A stretch of DNA of 64,000 nucleotides from Paracoccaceae bacterium (GCA_050331395.1 JBHJGX010000017.1:5660-69659); one strand, 5' to 3'. Positions 8,389 through 21,249 are shown, counted from the stretch's first letter. Numbers and translations are program-made. Notes: a model not told the origin generated them from the letters alone.

Positions 8389-9960
8389 ATGACCGACACC
8401 GACACCGCTGCCCCGGCCGAGCTGCCGCGGGTCAAGATCTTCGACACGACGCTGCGCGACGGGGAGCAGTCCCCCGGCGCCTCCATGACCCTCGACGAGA
8501 AGCTGCAGATCGCCGCGCTTCTCGACGACATGGGGGTCGACATCATCGAGGCCGGGTTCCCGATCGCCTCCGAGGGCGATTTCGAGGCGGTCTCCGCAAT
8601 CGCCCGGGCGACCCGATCCGCGGTGGTGGCCGGCCTCGCCCGCGCCTCCAAGGGCGATATCGACCGGGCTTGGGCGGCGCTCGAAGGCGCCCGGCGGCCG
8701 CGCATCCATACCTTCATCGGCACCTCCCCCATTCACCGGGAGCATCAGCTCGCGATGAGCAAGGAGCAGGTGCTCGAGAAGATCGCCGAGACCGTCGCCC
8801 ATGCGCGCCGCCTTGCCGACGACGTGCAATGGTCGCCGATGGACGCGACCCGCACCGAGTTCGACTTTCTGGTCGAGAGCGTGCGGATTGCCGTCGAGGC
8901 CGGCGCCAGCACGATCAACATCCCCGATACTGTCGGCTACACGGCACCGCGCGAATCGGCCGAGTTGATCCGCCGGCTCCGCGAGGCGATCCCCGAGCTC
9001 GCCGGCTGCACGGTCTCGACCCATTGCCATAACGACCTTGGCATGGCGACGGCAAACGCGCTTGCCGCCGTCGAGGCGGGCGCCCGGCAGATCGAGTGCA
9101 CGGTGAACGGCCTCGGCGAGCGCGCGGGGAACACGGCGCTCGAAGAGGTTGTGATGGCGCTCCGGGTGCGCGCCGACATCCTTCCCTTTGCCACCGGCAT
9201 AGAGACCCGGCGATTGATGGCGGCAAGCCGGATGGTTGCCACCGCGGCGGGCTTTCCGGTGCAGTATAACAAGGCGATCGTCGGCAAGAATGCCTTTGCG
9301 CACGAATCCGGCATCCATCAAGACGGGATGCTCAAGAACGCGCAAACTTTCGAGATCATGCGCCCCGAGGATGTCGGTCTCAGCCAGACGAACCTCGTGA
9401 TGGGCAAGCATTCGGGACGCCACGCCTTCAGGACCAAGCTGTCGGAACTTGGCATCGACTTGGGCGAGAACGCGCTCAACGATGCGTTCGTGCGTTTCAA
9501 GGCGCTCGCCGACAGCAAAAAAGAGGTTTACGACGACGACCTCTTGGCGATTGTCGAGCAAGCGGCGGCGGAGGCAGGCTCGGAGCGGGTCAAGCTCAAA
9601 TTCCTGCGGGCGATCTCCGGGACCGAGGCGCCGAAATCCGCCGATGTGACGCTCGAGATCGACGGCCGGGAGCTCCGGGCAACGGCCCATGGCGACGGGC
9701 CCGTCGATGCGGCCTTTGCGGCGATCTCGGCCCTCGTTGCCCATGAGGCGGTGCTGGAACTCTATCAAATCAAGGCAGTGACGGAGGGCACCGACGCCCA
9801 GGCCCATGTGCAGGTGCGCCTCCGTGAGCATGGCCGCTTCGCGTCCGCCCAGGCCTCGGACACCGATACGGTGGTGGCGTCGGCCCGGGCCTATGTGCAG
9901 TGCCTGAACAAGCTGATCCTGCGGCGCGAGAAGTCGGCGGCGATCACCGCGACGGGATAG
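8389..9960 (+). CDS. leuA: 2-isopropylmalate synthase
   Basis: IFDTTLRDGEQSPG, HCHNDLGMA, GERAGNTALEE and HESGIHQDG motifs plus regulatory C-terminal domain. Confidence 0.97.
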   Translation: MTDTDTAAPAELPRVKIFDTTLRDGEQSPGASMTLDEKLQIAALLDDMGVDIIEAGFPIASEGDFEAVSAIARATRSAVVAGLARASKGDIDRAWAALEGARRPRIHTFIGTSPIHREHQLAMSKEQVLEKIAETVAHARRLADDVQWSPMDATRTEFDFLVESVRIAVEAGASTINIPDTVGYTAPRESAELIRRLREAIPELAGCTVSTHCHNDLGMATANALAAVEAGARQIECTVNGLGERAGNTALEEVVMALRVRADILPFATGIETRRLMAASRMVATAAGFPVQYNKAIVGKNAFAHESGIHQDGMLKNAQTFEIMRPEDVGLSQTNLVMGKHSGRHAFRTKLSELGIDLGENALNDAFVRFKALADSKKEVYDDDLLAIVEQAAAEAGSERVKLKFLRAISGTEAPKSADVTLEIDGRELRATAHGDGPVDAAFAAISALVAHEAVLELYQIKAVTEGTDAQAHVQVRLREHGRFASAQASDTDTVVASARAYVQCLNKLILRREKSAAITATG

Positions 9961-10945
9961 GTTGCTCCTGCGGGGCGCCGAGACGGGGCCCCGCCCCCTG
10001 CCCTGGCCAATTGAGCATGGCCCGGATCGGTCGGGAGACGATGAGCGGCGTCACGAAGATGCCGACCGTCGCCGCGGCCAGGAAAAGCTCGGCATCGGGC
10101 CGGTCCACGAGGCAGCCGGCCGACGCAGCCCACACCAGCGTGACGTTCCGGTTGCCGCTCAGAAGCCCCAAGGTCAAGGCCCGCGCCCGGCCTTCCTCGA
10201 AGAAGAGCGCCGCCCCCAGCGCCTGAAAGCCGAGATTGAGCGTAAAGGCGAGCAGGATCACGCCGGCAACCGTCGCGGGGGCCGCGAGGATCCGCATCGC
10301 CATGCCGTCCATGGCGCCGATCGCGACGATCACGAGGCCGAAGACCGCGATCCCGGTCATCGCCTGAGGGTTCCGCGCCACGCTTTGCCCGGCATAGCGA
10401 CGAAGCAGCTCCGCCACCGCGGCCGCGCCGCCGACGATCACCGCAAGCTTGAGCGCCATGCCGGTCGGGTCGATCGACAGCGCGTCGCCGGTCAGGGCCT
10501 CGGCAAGTGGCGGGAGATAGACGGGCGAGAGCGCGGTCGGCACCACGATCGCCAGAAGCGCCAGCGCCGGGTTGAGGCCGAAGATCGCGGCGACGGCAGC
10601 GACGCTGCCCGCGGGCGGGGCGAGAGCGGCGAGGATCATGCCGTGTTCGATCCCCTCGGGCAGTTCGGCGAGCGTGACGATGCCGAGGGTGACGAGCGGG
10701 ACGCCGAGGCTCGCCCAAAGGAGAAGGCGCACGAGATTTGGCGCGGCGGCGATCTCGGCGCGGAGCATCGCGCCGTCGGCTTTGAGGAACGCGCCGAGCA
10801 TGAAGACGAACACGGCGATGCCCATGACCGGCTTGGCCGCTGCGGCCACGGCCGGACAGAGGATGCCGGCCAGCGCTCCGGCGGCGAGCACGCACACGCC
10901 GTTCCGGCCGCAGAAGTCGAGAAACCCGAAGAAAATCCTGCGCAT
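9944..10945 (-). CDS. Bile acid:sodium symporter (BASS)-like transporter
   Basis: About ten hydrophobic segments; LAPPAGSVAA and GLLSGNRNVTL motifs. Confidence 0.72.
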   Translation of the reverse strand: MRRIFFGFLDFCGRNGVCVLAAGALAGILCPAVAAAAKPVMGIAVFVFMLGAFLKADGAMLRAEIAAAPNLVRLLLWASLGVPLVTLGIVTLAELPEGIEHGMILAALAPPAGSVAAVAAIFGLNPALALLAIVVPTALSPVYLPPLAEALTGDALSIDPTGMALKLAVIVGGAAAVAELLRRYAGQSVARNPQAMTGIAVFGLVIVAIGAMDGMAMRILAAPATVAGVILLAFTLNLGFQALGAALFFEEGRARALTLGLLSGNRNVTLVWAASAGCLVDRPDAELFLAAATVGIFVTPLIVSRPIRAMLNWPGQGAGPRLGAPQEQPIPSR

Positions 10946-11087
10946 GTGACCACTCCCGAAATGAGATTGCTGGAGCCGGGGCTCCGGGGATGGCTTTGAG
11001 ATCGGGTGAACGGCCGCGTGGGGCTGTGTCGCGCATCACAGGGAAGTGCAGGTTGCACACCGCAGCGCGGGAGCGGGCAGCGAAGGG

Positions 11088-11103
11088 CGTGACGATCGTC
11101 ACG
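11088..11103. promoter_or_regulatory. Perfect 16-bp palindrome, CRP/FNR-family-like operator
   Basis: CGTGACGATCGTCACG = GTGA-N6-TCAC core, between divergent genes. Confidence 0.45.
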
Positions 11104-11179
11104 GCGCCCGGCATCGCGCGCTTGCCGACACGTCCCGCGGGGCGCAGGCTCACCGGCGAGGGCGGGCATGGAGACCCCG

Positions 11180-13650
<2,471 letters not shown>

Positions 13651-13654
13651 GCGG

Positions 13655-14572
13655 ATGGTACGGCCCGGGACACGCGGCGGACGGGGCATCGGCTCGGAGG
13701 AGGAAGCGGGCCTTGTCCGCGCGGTCCGCAGGACCGTCTTTGGCGCGGTCGTGATCGCGGGGCTCGTGATCTTTGTGCTCTGGCGGGTGGAGAACCCGCG
13801 GCTCGAGCGTCTGCGGCTTGCGGTCATCGACACGGTGATGCCGTCGATGGAGGTCGTCACGCGGCCGATCCACTTCCTCTCGGACCTGACCAGCGACTAT
13901 CAGAATTTCCTCGACGTCTACGACCAGAACCGCGCGCTCCGGCGCGAGATCCAGGCGCTGCGGGCTTGGCGCGAGACCGCGCGGCAGTTCGAGGAAGAAA
14001 ACGCTCAGCTCCGCGCGCTCAACAACCTCAACCTCGCCCCGCGCACGAGTTTCGTCACCGGAGACGTGATCGCCGATTCGGGCGGGCCGTTTCTCGAATC
14101 AGCGATCGTGAATGTGGGCGGGCGCGACGGCGTGACCGACGGTGCGGCCGCGGTCGACGGGCTCGGCCTCGTCGGCCGGGTCTCCGGCGTCGGCGACGCG
14201 GCGAGCCGGATCCTCCTCCTCACCGATTTCTCCTCGCGCGTCCCGGTGATCGTGCGGCCCGAGGGGCGGCGCGCGATCCTCGCCGGCGACGGCACGCCCG
14301 CGCCGCGGCTCGAGTTCCTCGACAAGCCGGATCTGGTCAGCCCGGGCGATTTGGTCGAGACCTCCGGCGACGGCACGGTCTTTCCGCCGGATCTCGCCGT
14401 CGGCCGGGTCATCGTGACCGAGACCAAAGAACTCCGCGTGGCGCTTCATTCAGATCTTGGCCGGCTCGAATTCGTGCGCTTGCTGTCCTATCGACCCGAT
14501 ACGCGGATCGACCGTCCGGGCGGGCTGATCCTGCCGTCGCCGGCGGCGGACGGCATCGCCCAAGGGGACTGA
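13655..14572 (+). CDS. mreC: Rod shape-determining protein MreC
   Basis: TM, coiled coil (EEENAQLRALNN), VIADSGGPF, GLVGRV and TSGDGTVFPP; follows mreB. Confidence 0.95.
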   Translation: MVRPGTRGGRGIGSEEEAGLVRAVRRTVFGAVVIAGLVIFVLWRVENPRLERLRLAVIDTVMPSMEVVTRPIHFLSDLTSDYQNFLDVYDQNRALRREIQALRAWRETARQFEEENAQLRALNNLNLAPRTSFVTGDVIADSGGPFLESAIVNVGGRDGVTDGAAAVDGLGLVGRVSGVGDAASRILLLTDFSSRVPVIVRPEGRRAILAGDGTPAPRLEFLDKPDLVSPGDLVETSGDGTVFPPDLAVGRVIVTETKELRVALHSDLGRLEFVRLLSYRPDTRIDRPGGLILPSPAADGIAQGD

Positions 14573-14587
14573 ACGAGGGACACGCGG

Positions 14588-15130
14588 ATGGCGCTGACCG
14601 ATCTCTCCGGCCGACGGCTTCTGCAGATGGCGCTCGTGCTCGCGCTCGCCTGGCTCGCCGTGGCGGTCGAGGCCGCGCCGGTCGGGCTCGGGGCGCTGTC
14701 GATCCCGTCGCCGGATCTCCTCTTCTGTGTGCTTGCGGTCTGGGCGGTGCGCGAGCCCAAGGCCGCCCCGGTGCTGCTCGTCTTCGCCGTCGGGCTCATG
14801 CGCGATTTTCTCGCCGATCTGCCGGCCGGGCTCGGCGCCCTCGGCCTTGTGCTCGCCATCGAGACGTTGAAGGCCCAACGCGCCCGCCTCGCCCGCCAGC
14901 CCTTCGTCGTCGAGTGGATCGTCGCCGCGCTTGTGGCGCTTGCCATGGCGCTCATGCTCTGGGTCGGCATGGTGATCAGCCTCGCTCAGCCGCCCTATGC
15001 GGCGCTTTTGGCCCAGCAATACGCGGTCACCATGGCTGCCTATCCGCTGGTCGCACTCCTCCTGCGGCTCGCCTTCGGTCTGAGAAGCCAGATCGCGCCG
15101 GGCGCCCGGGCCGCCGGCGAAGGAGGCTGA
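14588..15130 (+). CDS. mreD: Rod shape-determining protein MreD
   Basis: Hydrophobic protein with PSPDLL and GLMRDFL motifs, between mreC and mrdA. Confidence 0.9.
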   Translation: MALTDLSGRRLLQMALVLALAWLAVAVEAAPVGLGALSIPSPDLLFCVLAVWAVREPKAAPVLLVFAVGLMRDFLADLPAGLGALGLVLAIETLKAQRARLARQPFVVEWIVAALVALAMALMLWVGMVISLAQPPYAALLAQQYAVTMAAYPLVALLLRLAFGLRSQIAPGARAAGEGG

Positions 15131-15133
15131 GCC

Positions 15134-17140
15134 ATGCGTCGCCGCTTTCGCCGCCCCGGGGTCTGGCGCCGTCTCTTCCGTCGGCGACGCGCGATCTCCG
15201 AGGCCCGCCGCCGACCTGAGGTCCCGATCCAGTCGCGGATCAGCCGCCGCGGCTTCGTCGTCTTCGGCGCGCAGCTTTTGGTCGCGGGGGGGCTCGCCTG
15301 GCGGATCCGGCAATTGCAGATCCACGAGGCCGAGCACTACCGCCACCTTGCCGAAGAGAACCGGATCAATCTCCGGCTGATCGCGCCAGCGCGCGGTCAG
15401 ATTTTCGACCGCACCGGCAATCCGCTGGCCATCAACCAGCAGAACTATCGCGTGGTGATGATCCGCGAACAGGCCGGCGAGCCGCAGGACGTGCTGGATC
15501 GCCTCAGCCGGATCATCCGCATCTCGGATCGCCAGCGAAGCCGCATTCTCGAGGAGATGGACGAAAAGAGCCCCTTCGTGCCGCTGGTGGTCGCCGAGCA
15601 CCTGGCCTGGGACGACTTCGCCGCGGTCAACGCCAACGCCCCCGCGTTGCCCGGCGTCCTGCCCGAGGTCGGGCTCTCGCGGCATTATCCGGTCGGGCCC
15701 GAGATCGCGCATATCGTGGGCTATGTGGGTCGGGTCACCCAGAAAGATCTCGAGCGCGAGGGCACGCCCGACCCGATCCTGCAAATCCCCGAATTCCAGA
15801 TCGGCAAGCGCGGGATCGAACGCGGCGCCGAGCGCGCGCTCCGCGGCAAAGCGGGCACCCGGCGGATCGAGGTGAACGCCCTCGGCCGGGTGATCCGCGA
15901 GCTCGGCGGGGTCGACGGCGAGCCCGGGCCCGATCTGCACCTGACCGTCGATCTCGGCGTCCAGAGCTACGCCCTTGCCCGGCTCGAGAACCAGTCGGCC
16001 GCGGCCGTGGTCATGGACGTGACGAACGGCGATCTGCTCGCGCTCGCCTCTTCGCCGGGCTACGAGCCCAACCTCTTTGTCCGCGGCATCTCTCAGGCAA
16101 ACTACAACGCGCTCCTCCAGCACCAGTACCGCCCGCTCCACAACAAATGGGCGAGCGGCATGTACCCACCCGGCTCCACATACAAGATGGTGGTGGCGCT
16201 CGCCGCGCTCGAAGCGGGCGTCGTCTCGCCGGACGAGACGGTCTTTTGCAACAGCCGTTACGAGCTCGGGAACCGCACGTTCCATTGCTGGAGCCGCGGC
16301 GGGCACGGGCATATGGCTCTGAGGGCCGCGATCGAGCGGTCGTGCGACGTTTATTTCTACGAGGTCGCCAAGCGGGTCGGCATCGAGCGCATCGCCGAGA
16401 TGTCGCGCCGGCTCGGGCTCGGGGTCGAACACGATCTGCCGCTGCCCGAGATCCGCTCGGGGCTGATCCCCGACAAAGCATGGAAGGAACGCAACCGCGA
16501 CGAGGCTTGGCTGGTCGGCGACACGCTGAACGCGGGGATCGGCCAGGGTTTCGTGCTCGCGACCCCGCTCCAGCTCGCGGTGATGACGGCACGGATCGCC
16601 ACCGGCCGTGCAGTGACGCCGCGGCTTCTGCGCGCCCGCGGCGGCGTGCCCTTGGCCGCCGGCCACGCTCCCGATCTCGGCATCGCGCCCGAGCACCTCG
16701 CCCTCGTGCGCGCGGGCATGGACGACGTGGTGAACGATCGCCGCGGCACGGCCTATGCCGCGCGGATCGCCGATCCGGCCGGCCGGGTGGCGGGCAAGAC
16801 CGGGACGAGCCAGGTCCGCAACATCACCGCCGCCGAGCGCGCCCAAGGCGTCATCCGCAACGAGGACCTCCCCTGGGAGCGCCGGGACCATGCGCTTTTC
16901 GTCGCCTTTGCGCCGATGAGCGCCCCGCGCTATGCGATCTCGGTCGTGGTCGAGCATGGCGGCGGCGGCAGCCGGGCGGCCGCGCCGGTGGCCCGCGATA
17001 TCCTGCTTCGGGTGCTCTACGGACCGCGCCCGCCGCTCAGCGCCTATCCCGCCGGCCAGCGCCCCGAGCGCCCGGCCCGCGAGCCCGAGCCCCGCCCGGG
17101 TCCGACCGGGCCCGAGGATCCTCCGCGGATCCGAGCTTGA
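15134..17140 (+). CDS. mrdA: Penicillin-binding protein 2
   Basis: AEENRI, YPPGSTYK (SxxK), SCDVYFY (SxD) and AGKTGTSQ (KTG) motifs. Confidence 0.96.
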   Translation: MRRRFRRPGVWRRLFRRRRAISEARRRPEVPIQSRISRRGFVVFGAQLLVAGGLAWRIRQLQIHEAEHYRHLAEENRINLRLIAPARGQIFDRTGNPLAINQQNYRVVMIREQAGEPQDVLDRLSRIIRISDRQRSRILEEMDEKSPFVPLVVAEHLAWDDFAAVNANAPALPGVLPEVGLSRHYPVGPEIAHIVGYVGRVTQKDLEREGTPDPILQIPEFQIGKRGIERGAERALRGKAGTRRIEVNALGRVIRELGGVDGEPGPDLHLTVDLGVQSYALARLENQSAAAVVMDVTNGDLLALASSPGYEPNLFVRGISQANYNALLQHQYRPLHNKWASGMYPPGSTYKMVVALAALEAGVVSPDETVFCNSRYELGNRTFHCWSRGGHGHMALRAAIERSCDVYFYEVAKRVGIERIAEMSRRLGLGVEHDLPLPEIRSGLIPDKAWKERNRDEAWLVGDTLNAGIGQGFVLATPLQLAVMTARIATGRAVTPRLLRARGGVPLAAGHAPDLGIAPEHLALVRAGMDDVVNDRRGTAYAARIADPAGRVAGKTGTSQVRNITAAERAQGVIRNEDLPWERRDHALFVAFAPMSAPRYAISVVVEHGGGGSRAAAPVARDILLRVLYGPRPPLSAYPAGQRPERPAREPEPRPGPTGPEDPPRIRA

Positions 17141-17145
17141 TCGGT

Positions 17146-18291
17146 ATGCGCCCGATGACCCTCGTCGACCGGGACCGCCGTGCGCCGATGTCGATCGCGA
17201 CCAAGCTACTGCGCCTCAACTGGGCGCTGATGCTCTTGATCTGCGCGGTCTCGGGGATCGGGTTCTTGATGCTCTACTCGGTGGCGGGCGGCAGCTTCGA
17301 GCCCTGGGCCGGGCGGCAGATGAGCCGCTTCGGCGCGGGCGTCGCGCTGATGATCGTGATTGCCATCATCGATATCCGGGTCTGGCGCTGGCTCGCCCCG
17401 ATCGCCTATCTGGGGGCGCTCGGTCTCTTGATCGCGGTCGAATTCGTCGGCGAGACCGGCATGGGCGCCCGGCGCTGGATCCGGCTGGGGCCGCTCCAAC
17501 TGCAACCGTCCGAGCTGATGAAGATCGCTCTCGTGATGGCGCTGGCGAGCTATTACGCATGGCTCGAGCCGCGCAAGATCTCGCGGCCCTTTTGGGTGAT
17601 CCCGCCGGCGGTGCTGACCCTCGTGCCCATGGTGCTCGTGCTCAAACAGCCCGATCTCGGCACGGCGCTTCTGCTCGGGCTGGGCGGCACCGTGGTGATC
17701 TTCGCCGCCGGCGTGTCGCTCTGGTATTTCGGCACGGCGCTCGCCCTCGGCGGAGCGGGCATCTGGGCGGTGTTGGCCTCGCGCGGGACCGAGTGGCAGG
17801 TGCTCAAAGACTATCAGTACCGGCGGATCGACACCTTTCTGGATCCGTCCAAGGATCCGCTCGGTGCCGGGTATCACATCACCCAATCCAAGATCGCCAT
17901 GGGCTCGGGTGGGGAAGTCGGCCGCGGCTTCATGCAAGGCACCCAGTCCCGGCTGAACTTCCTGCCGGAAAAGCACACGGATTTCATCTTTACGACGCTC
18001 GCCGAAGAGTTCGGCGCCATGGGCTCGTTCATGCTGTTGGCGCTCTATGCCCTGATCACGCTCTTCGGCTATGTGGCGGTGCTCACGAACCGAGACCGGT
18101 TCGGCGCGCTGCTGATCGCCGGGTTGACCGCAACGTTCTTCTTCTTTTGGGCGGCAAACATGGCGATGGTGATGGGCCTTATTCCGATCGTCGGGGTGCC
18201 GTTGCCGCTCGTCTCCTATGGCGGCTCGGCGATGCTGGTGCTGCTGATGGCGTTCGGACTGATTCAATCCGCCCACATCCACCGCCAGTAA
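17146..18291 (+). CDS. rodA: Rod shape-determining protein RodA (SEDS family)
   Basis: GARRWI, LQPSELMK, KQPDLGT, GAGYHITQSKIAMGSGG, LPEKHTDFIF and PLVSYGGS; start 17146 or 17155. Confidence 0.96.
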   Translation: MRPMTLVDRDRRAPMSIATKLLRLNWALMLLICAVSGIGFLMLYSVAGGSFEPWAGRQMSRFGAGVALMIVIAIIDIRVWRWLAPIAYLGALGLLIAVEFVGETGMGARRWIRLGPLQLQPSELMKIALVMALASYYAWLEPRKISRPFWVIPPAVLTLVPMVLVLKQPDLGTALLLGLGGTVVIFAAGVSLWYFGTALALGGAGIWAVLASRGTEWQVLKDYQYRRIDTFLDPSKDPLGAGYHITQSKIAMGSGGEVGRGFMQGTQSRLNFLPEKHTDFIFTTLAEEFGAMGSFMLLALYALITLFGYVAVLTNRDRFGALLIAGLTATFFFFWAANMAMVMGLIPIVGVPLPLVSYGGSAMLVLLMAFGLIQSAHIHRQ

Positions 18292-18339
18292 AGCGGGGCG
18301 CCGCGGCAGGCCCCTCCCGGCGATCCGATGGCCTCTGCG

Positions 18340-19161
18340 TCAGACCCGGCGGCGGACGGCACCGAGCGCGGCGAGCCCCGTCATCAGCAGCCAGGCGCTG
18401 GCCGGCAGCGGCACCACGCTCTGCCGGTCGGGAAGGACGAACTCCACGGCCTGGGTCCCGGCCCGAGGGGTCAGCGTGGCGCCCTCCGGCAGCGGTGTCT
18501 CGAGGAAGAGCGCGAGCGTGTTATTGAGATCCACCGTCGCACTGCCGCATCCGGGCGCGCAAGTCGCGGCTGCGAGAATAGCCAGACTCGCGCTGAGGCT
18601 CACGGTATCCCCGTCCTCGACAGTGGCCTCGGCACGGAGGGTCTCGTTAAAGTTCACGCCGAATACCCCCCCCGAACCGACCCTCAAAAAATCACTGCCG
18701 ATGTCGCCGCCCGTGACTTGGATGCTGATGGAGCTATCGACCTGGAAAGCGGCATTGAGTGTCGTTCGAAGGGCCGACCCGGTCGCCAGCGCACCGATTG
18801 CGAGCGTGGTGGCAGGGCCGGAATAATCGAAGATCACAGCTTGGGTGTCGACGTTCACCTCCAGCGGAGAGGGGCCTCCGTCGGGGCCGAACTGTATGAT
18901 CTCGGAGAACGCGCGCAGACTGAACGTCCCGGCATCGACCGAGCCCGATGCTGTGTAGTCTGTCCAGAAATTGTCAACGGACAAAACCTCGTTGACCGAG
19001 GCCGACACGTTCGCCTCCGAGATCGAGCCGGCATTCGCCCCGACGCGGAGCTCACCCGTGCCATTGTTCGTGATGCCCACCGTGGCGGCATGGGCGGCGC
19101 CGGAGGCCATCACGATGGCCGACGCCACCGCCAGGCCCATTAACTTAAACTGGGTACACAT
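18340..19161 (-). CDS. VPLPA-CTERM sorting-domain surface protein
   Basis: Signal peptide ending AAHA; C-terminus VVPLPASAWLLMTGLAALGAVRRRV. Confidence 0.88.
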   Translation of the reverse strand: MCTQFKLMGLAVASAIVMASGAAHAATVGITNNGTGELRVGANAGSISEANVSASVNEVLSVDNFWTDYTASGSVDAGTFSLRAFSEIIQFGPDGGPSPLEVNVDTQAVIFDYSGPATTLAIGALATGSALRTTLNAAFQVDSSISIQVTGGDIGSDFLRVGSGGVFGVNFNETLRAEATVEDGDTVSLSASLAILAAATCAPGCGSATVDLNNTLALFLETPLPEGATLTPRAGTQAVEFVLPDRQSVVPLPASAWLLMTGLAALGAVRRRV

Positions 19162-19481
19162 TCCGCATCTCCCGAACCCATGTTAATGTAATCGAAGCAT
19201 AACCCGGAAGGTCGCGATTCGGCAACAACTCCGGAAGCGGCGGACGCCGCATGCGCGCCTTGCCACGGCCGCGCCTCCGCCGGACCGCAGGCGCCGCGCG
19301 ACGACCCAGTCCCGCCACACCCCGGCCGGCGCGGGAGGCTCTCCCCACCGCCGCGCCGCCGCACCGCGATGCGGCATACTCGGCAGAAGCCGGGCGGCGC
19401 GGCCGACCGCGCGTGTTGCCGGGCGCGCGGCCTCCTAGGGTCGGGCCGAAGCGAGGGGTCGGGACGGCAGGGGAGAGGTCG

Positions 19482-20426
19482 ATGACGCGCATCGTGTTTG
19501 CGGGCAAGCCCGAACAGCGCCCCGACTATGGCCGGGCGCTCGCCGAAGCCCTCGCCGCGGAGGGCGTCGACGCCGAGGTCGTCATGGACCCGGCCCATGC
19601 GGATCCCGCGAGCGTCGACTACCTCGTTCTGGCACCGTCCGGGCCGGTCACGGATTTCGCGCCCTATTCCCGGCTCCGGGCGATCCTCAATCTCTGGGCG
19701 GGCGTCGAGCAGGCGCTCGAGCTGCCGCTTCCGCCCGATGTGCCGCTCGTGCGGATGGTCGAGCACGGGCTCACCCGTGGCATGATCGAATACGTCGTCG
19801 GACATGTGCTCCGCTATCACCTGGATATCGACCGTTATGTCCACGGCCTGCCGGTCGGCGAATGGGAGGTGAGCTATCCGCCGCTCGCCGAACAGCGCTC
19901 GGTGGTGATCTTCGGCCTCGGCACCCTCGGCACGCCCGCGGCCGAAGCGCTCGCAGGCCTCGGGTTCCGGGTCGCGGGCTGGTCCCGAAGCCCTAAAGCC
20001 GTCCCCGGGGTCGACTGCCTCTCGGGGGCCGACGGCTTCGAGGCGGCCCTCCGACGCGCCGAGATTGCCGTCCTTCTGCTGCCGCTCACGCCAGAGACCG
20101 AGCGGATCTTCGATGCGCGTGCCTTCGCGGCGATGCCGGCGGGCGCGCGGGTGATCAATGCGGGCCGCGGCCCGTTGATCGACGACGCCGCGCTTTTGGC
20201 TGCCCTTGATGCGGGGCGCCTAAGCCATGCGACCCTCGACGTCTTCGATATCGAGCCGTTACCCGCCGACGATCCCTATTGGCAGCACCCGCAGGTGACC
20301 GTGACGCCCCATATCGCGAGCGGCACCCGGCCCCAGACCGCCTCGGCCAGCATCGCCGCGAATATCGCCCGCGATCTTCGGGGAGAGCCGATGGCCCCGA
20401 TCGTCGACCGGAGCCGCGGCTACTAG
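19482..20426 (+). CDS. ghrA: Glyoxylate/hydroxypyruvate reductase A-like D-2-hydroxyacid dehydrogenase
   Basis: LWAGVE, GLGTLG, INAGRG, LDVFDIEPLP and TPHIAS motifs; GGAGAGG RBS. Confidence 0.88.
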   Translation: MTRIVFAGKPEQRPDYGRALAEALAAEGVDAEVVMDPAHADPASVDYLVLAPSGPVTDFAPYSRLRAILNLWAGVEQALELPLPPDVPLVRMVEHGLTRGMIEYVVGHVLRYHLDIDRYVHGLPVGEWEVSYPPLAEQRSVVIFGLGTLGTPAAEALAGLGFRVAGWSRSPKAVPGVDCLSGADGFEAALRRAEIAVLLLPLTPETERIFDARAFAAMPAGARVINAGRGPLIDDAALLAALDAGRLSHATLDVFDIEPLPADDPYWQHPQVTVTPHIASGTRPQTASASIAANIARDLRGEPMAPIVDRSRGY

Positions 20427-20447
20427 CGCGCCCCCACCGCCGAGGAG

Positions 20448-21236
20448 TTGCCGATGCCCGACCCGAAAGCTTCGAGACCGAGCGGCCGCTCCGCGCGTCG
20501 CCGGCGGCGCGTTCCCCTTTGGATCCGCACGCGGGCCAACTTTCTCACCGGGCTCGTGGTCGTCGTCCCGATTTTGACGACGATCTATCTCACTTGGACG
20601 ATCATCACCTTCGTCGACAGCCAGATCGTTCCGCTGGTGCCCGCGGTCTATAACCCCCGCACCTACATCGAGACGGACATTCCGGGCTTTGGCGTCGTCG
20701 TCTTCCTGATCTTCACGACGCTCGTCGGCTATTTCACGAAATGGGTGTTCGGCCGGCAGATCATCAATCTCGGCGAGAACATCGTCGACCGAATGCCCGT
20801 AGTACGCTCGGTCTATAACGCGATGAAACAGATCGTCGAGACCGCGCTCAGCCAATCGAAGGGATCCTTCAGCCGCGCCTGCGTGATCGAATATCCCCGC
20901 CGCGGCGTATGGGCGATCGCCTTCGTCTCGACGAACACCAAGGGCGAAATCCCCCACCGGACGAGCCAAGAACCGATGATGTCGGTCTTTTTGCCGACAA
21001 CGCCCAACCCGACCTCGGGCTTCTTGCTCTTCGTTCCCACCAAAGACGTGGTTCTTCTGGACATGTCCGTGGAAGATGCCGCGAAGTTGGTGATTTCGGC
21101 GGGGCTCGTCACACCGCCGATGACCGAGGAAGCCGCCGCGGCCGCGCGCGCGGGAAGACCCCTTGCGGCCGCCGGTGCGCTTGAAGGGGCGGGCCAGGGT
21201 GCCCCGCCCAAGCGCGGAGCCGACGATCCGGCCTGA
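20448..21236 (+). CDS. DUF502 domain membrane protein
   Basis: FLTGLVVVVP, MPVVRSVY, IEYPRRG and FLPTTPNPTSGF motifs. Confidence 0.92.
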   Translation: MPMPDPKASRPSGRSARRRRRVPLWIRTRANFLTGLVVVVPILTTIYLTWTIITFVDSQIVPLVPAVYNPRTYIETDIPGFGVVVFLIFTTLVGYFTKWVFGRQIINLGENIVDRMPVVRSVYNAMKQIVETALSQSKGSFSRACVIEYPRRGVWAIAFVSTNTKGEIPHRTSQEPMMSVFLPTTPNPTSGFLLFVPTKDVVLLDMSVEDAAKLVISAGLVTPPMTEEAAAAARAGRPLAAAGALEGAGQGAPPKRGADDPA

Positions 21237-21249
21237 GCAGGGTCGGGCT

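Noticed and set aside
14450-16957. 835-aa minus-strand ORF (also the similar 8275-9831, 37589-39220 and 52606-54885 ORFs)
   Set aside because: Antisense to clearly identified genes (mreD/mrdA, leuA, lutB, acyl-CoA ligase).
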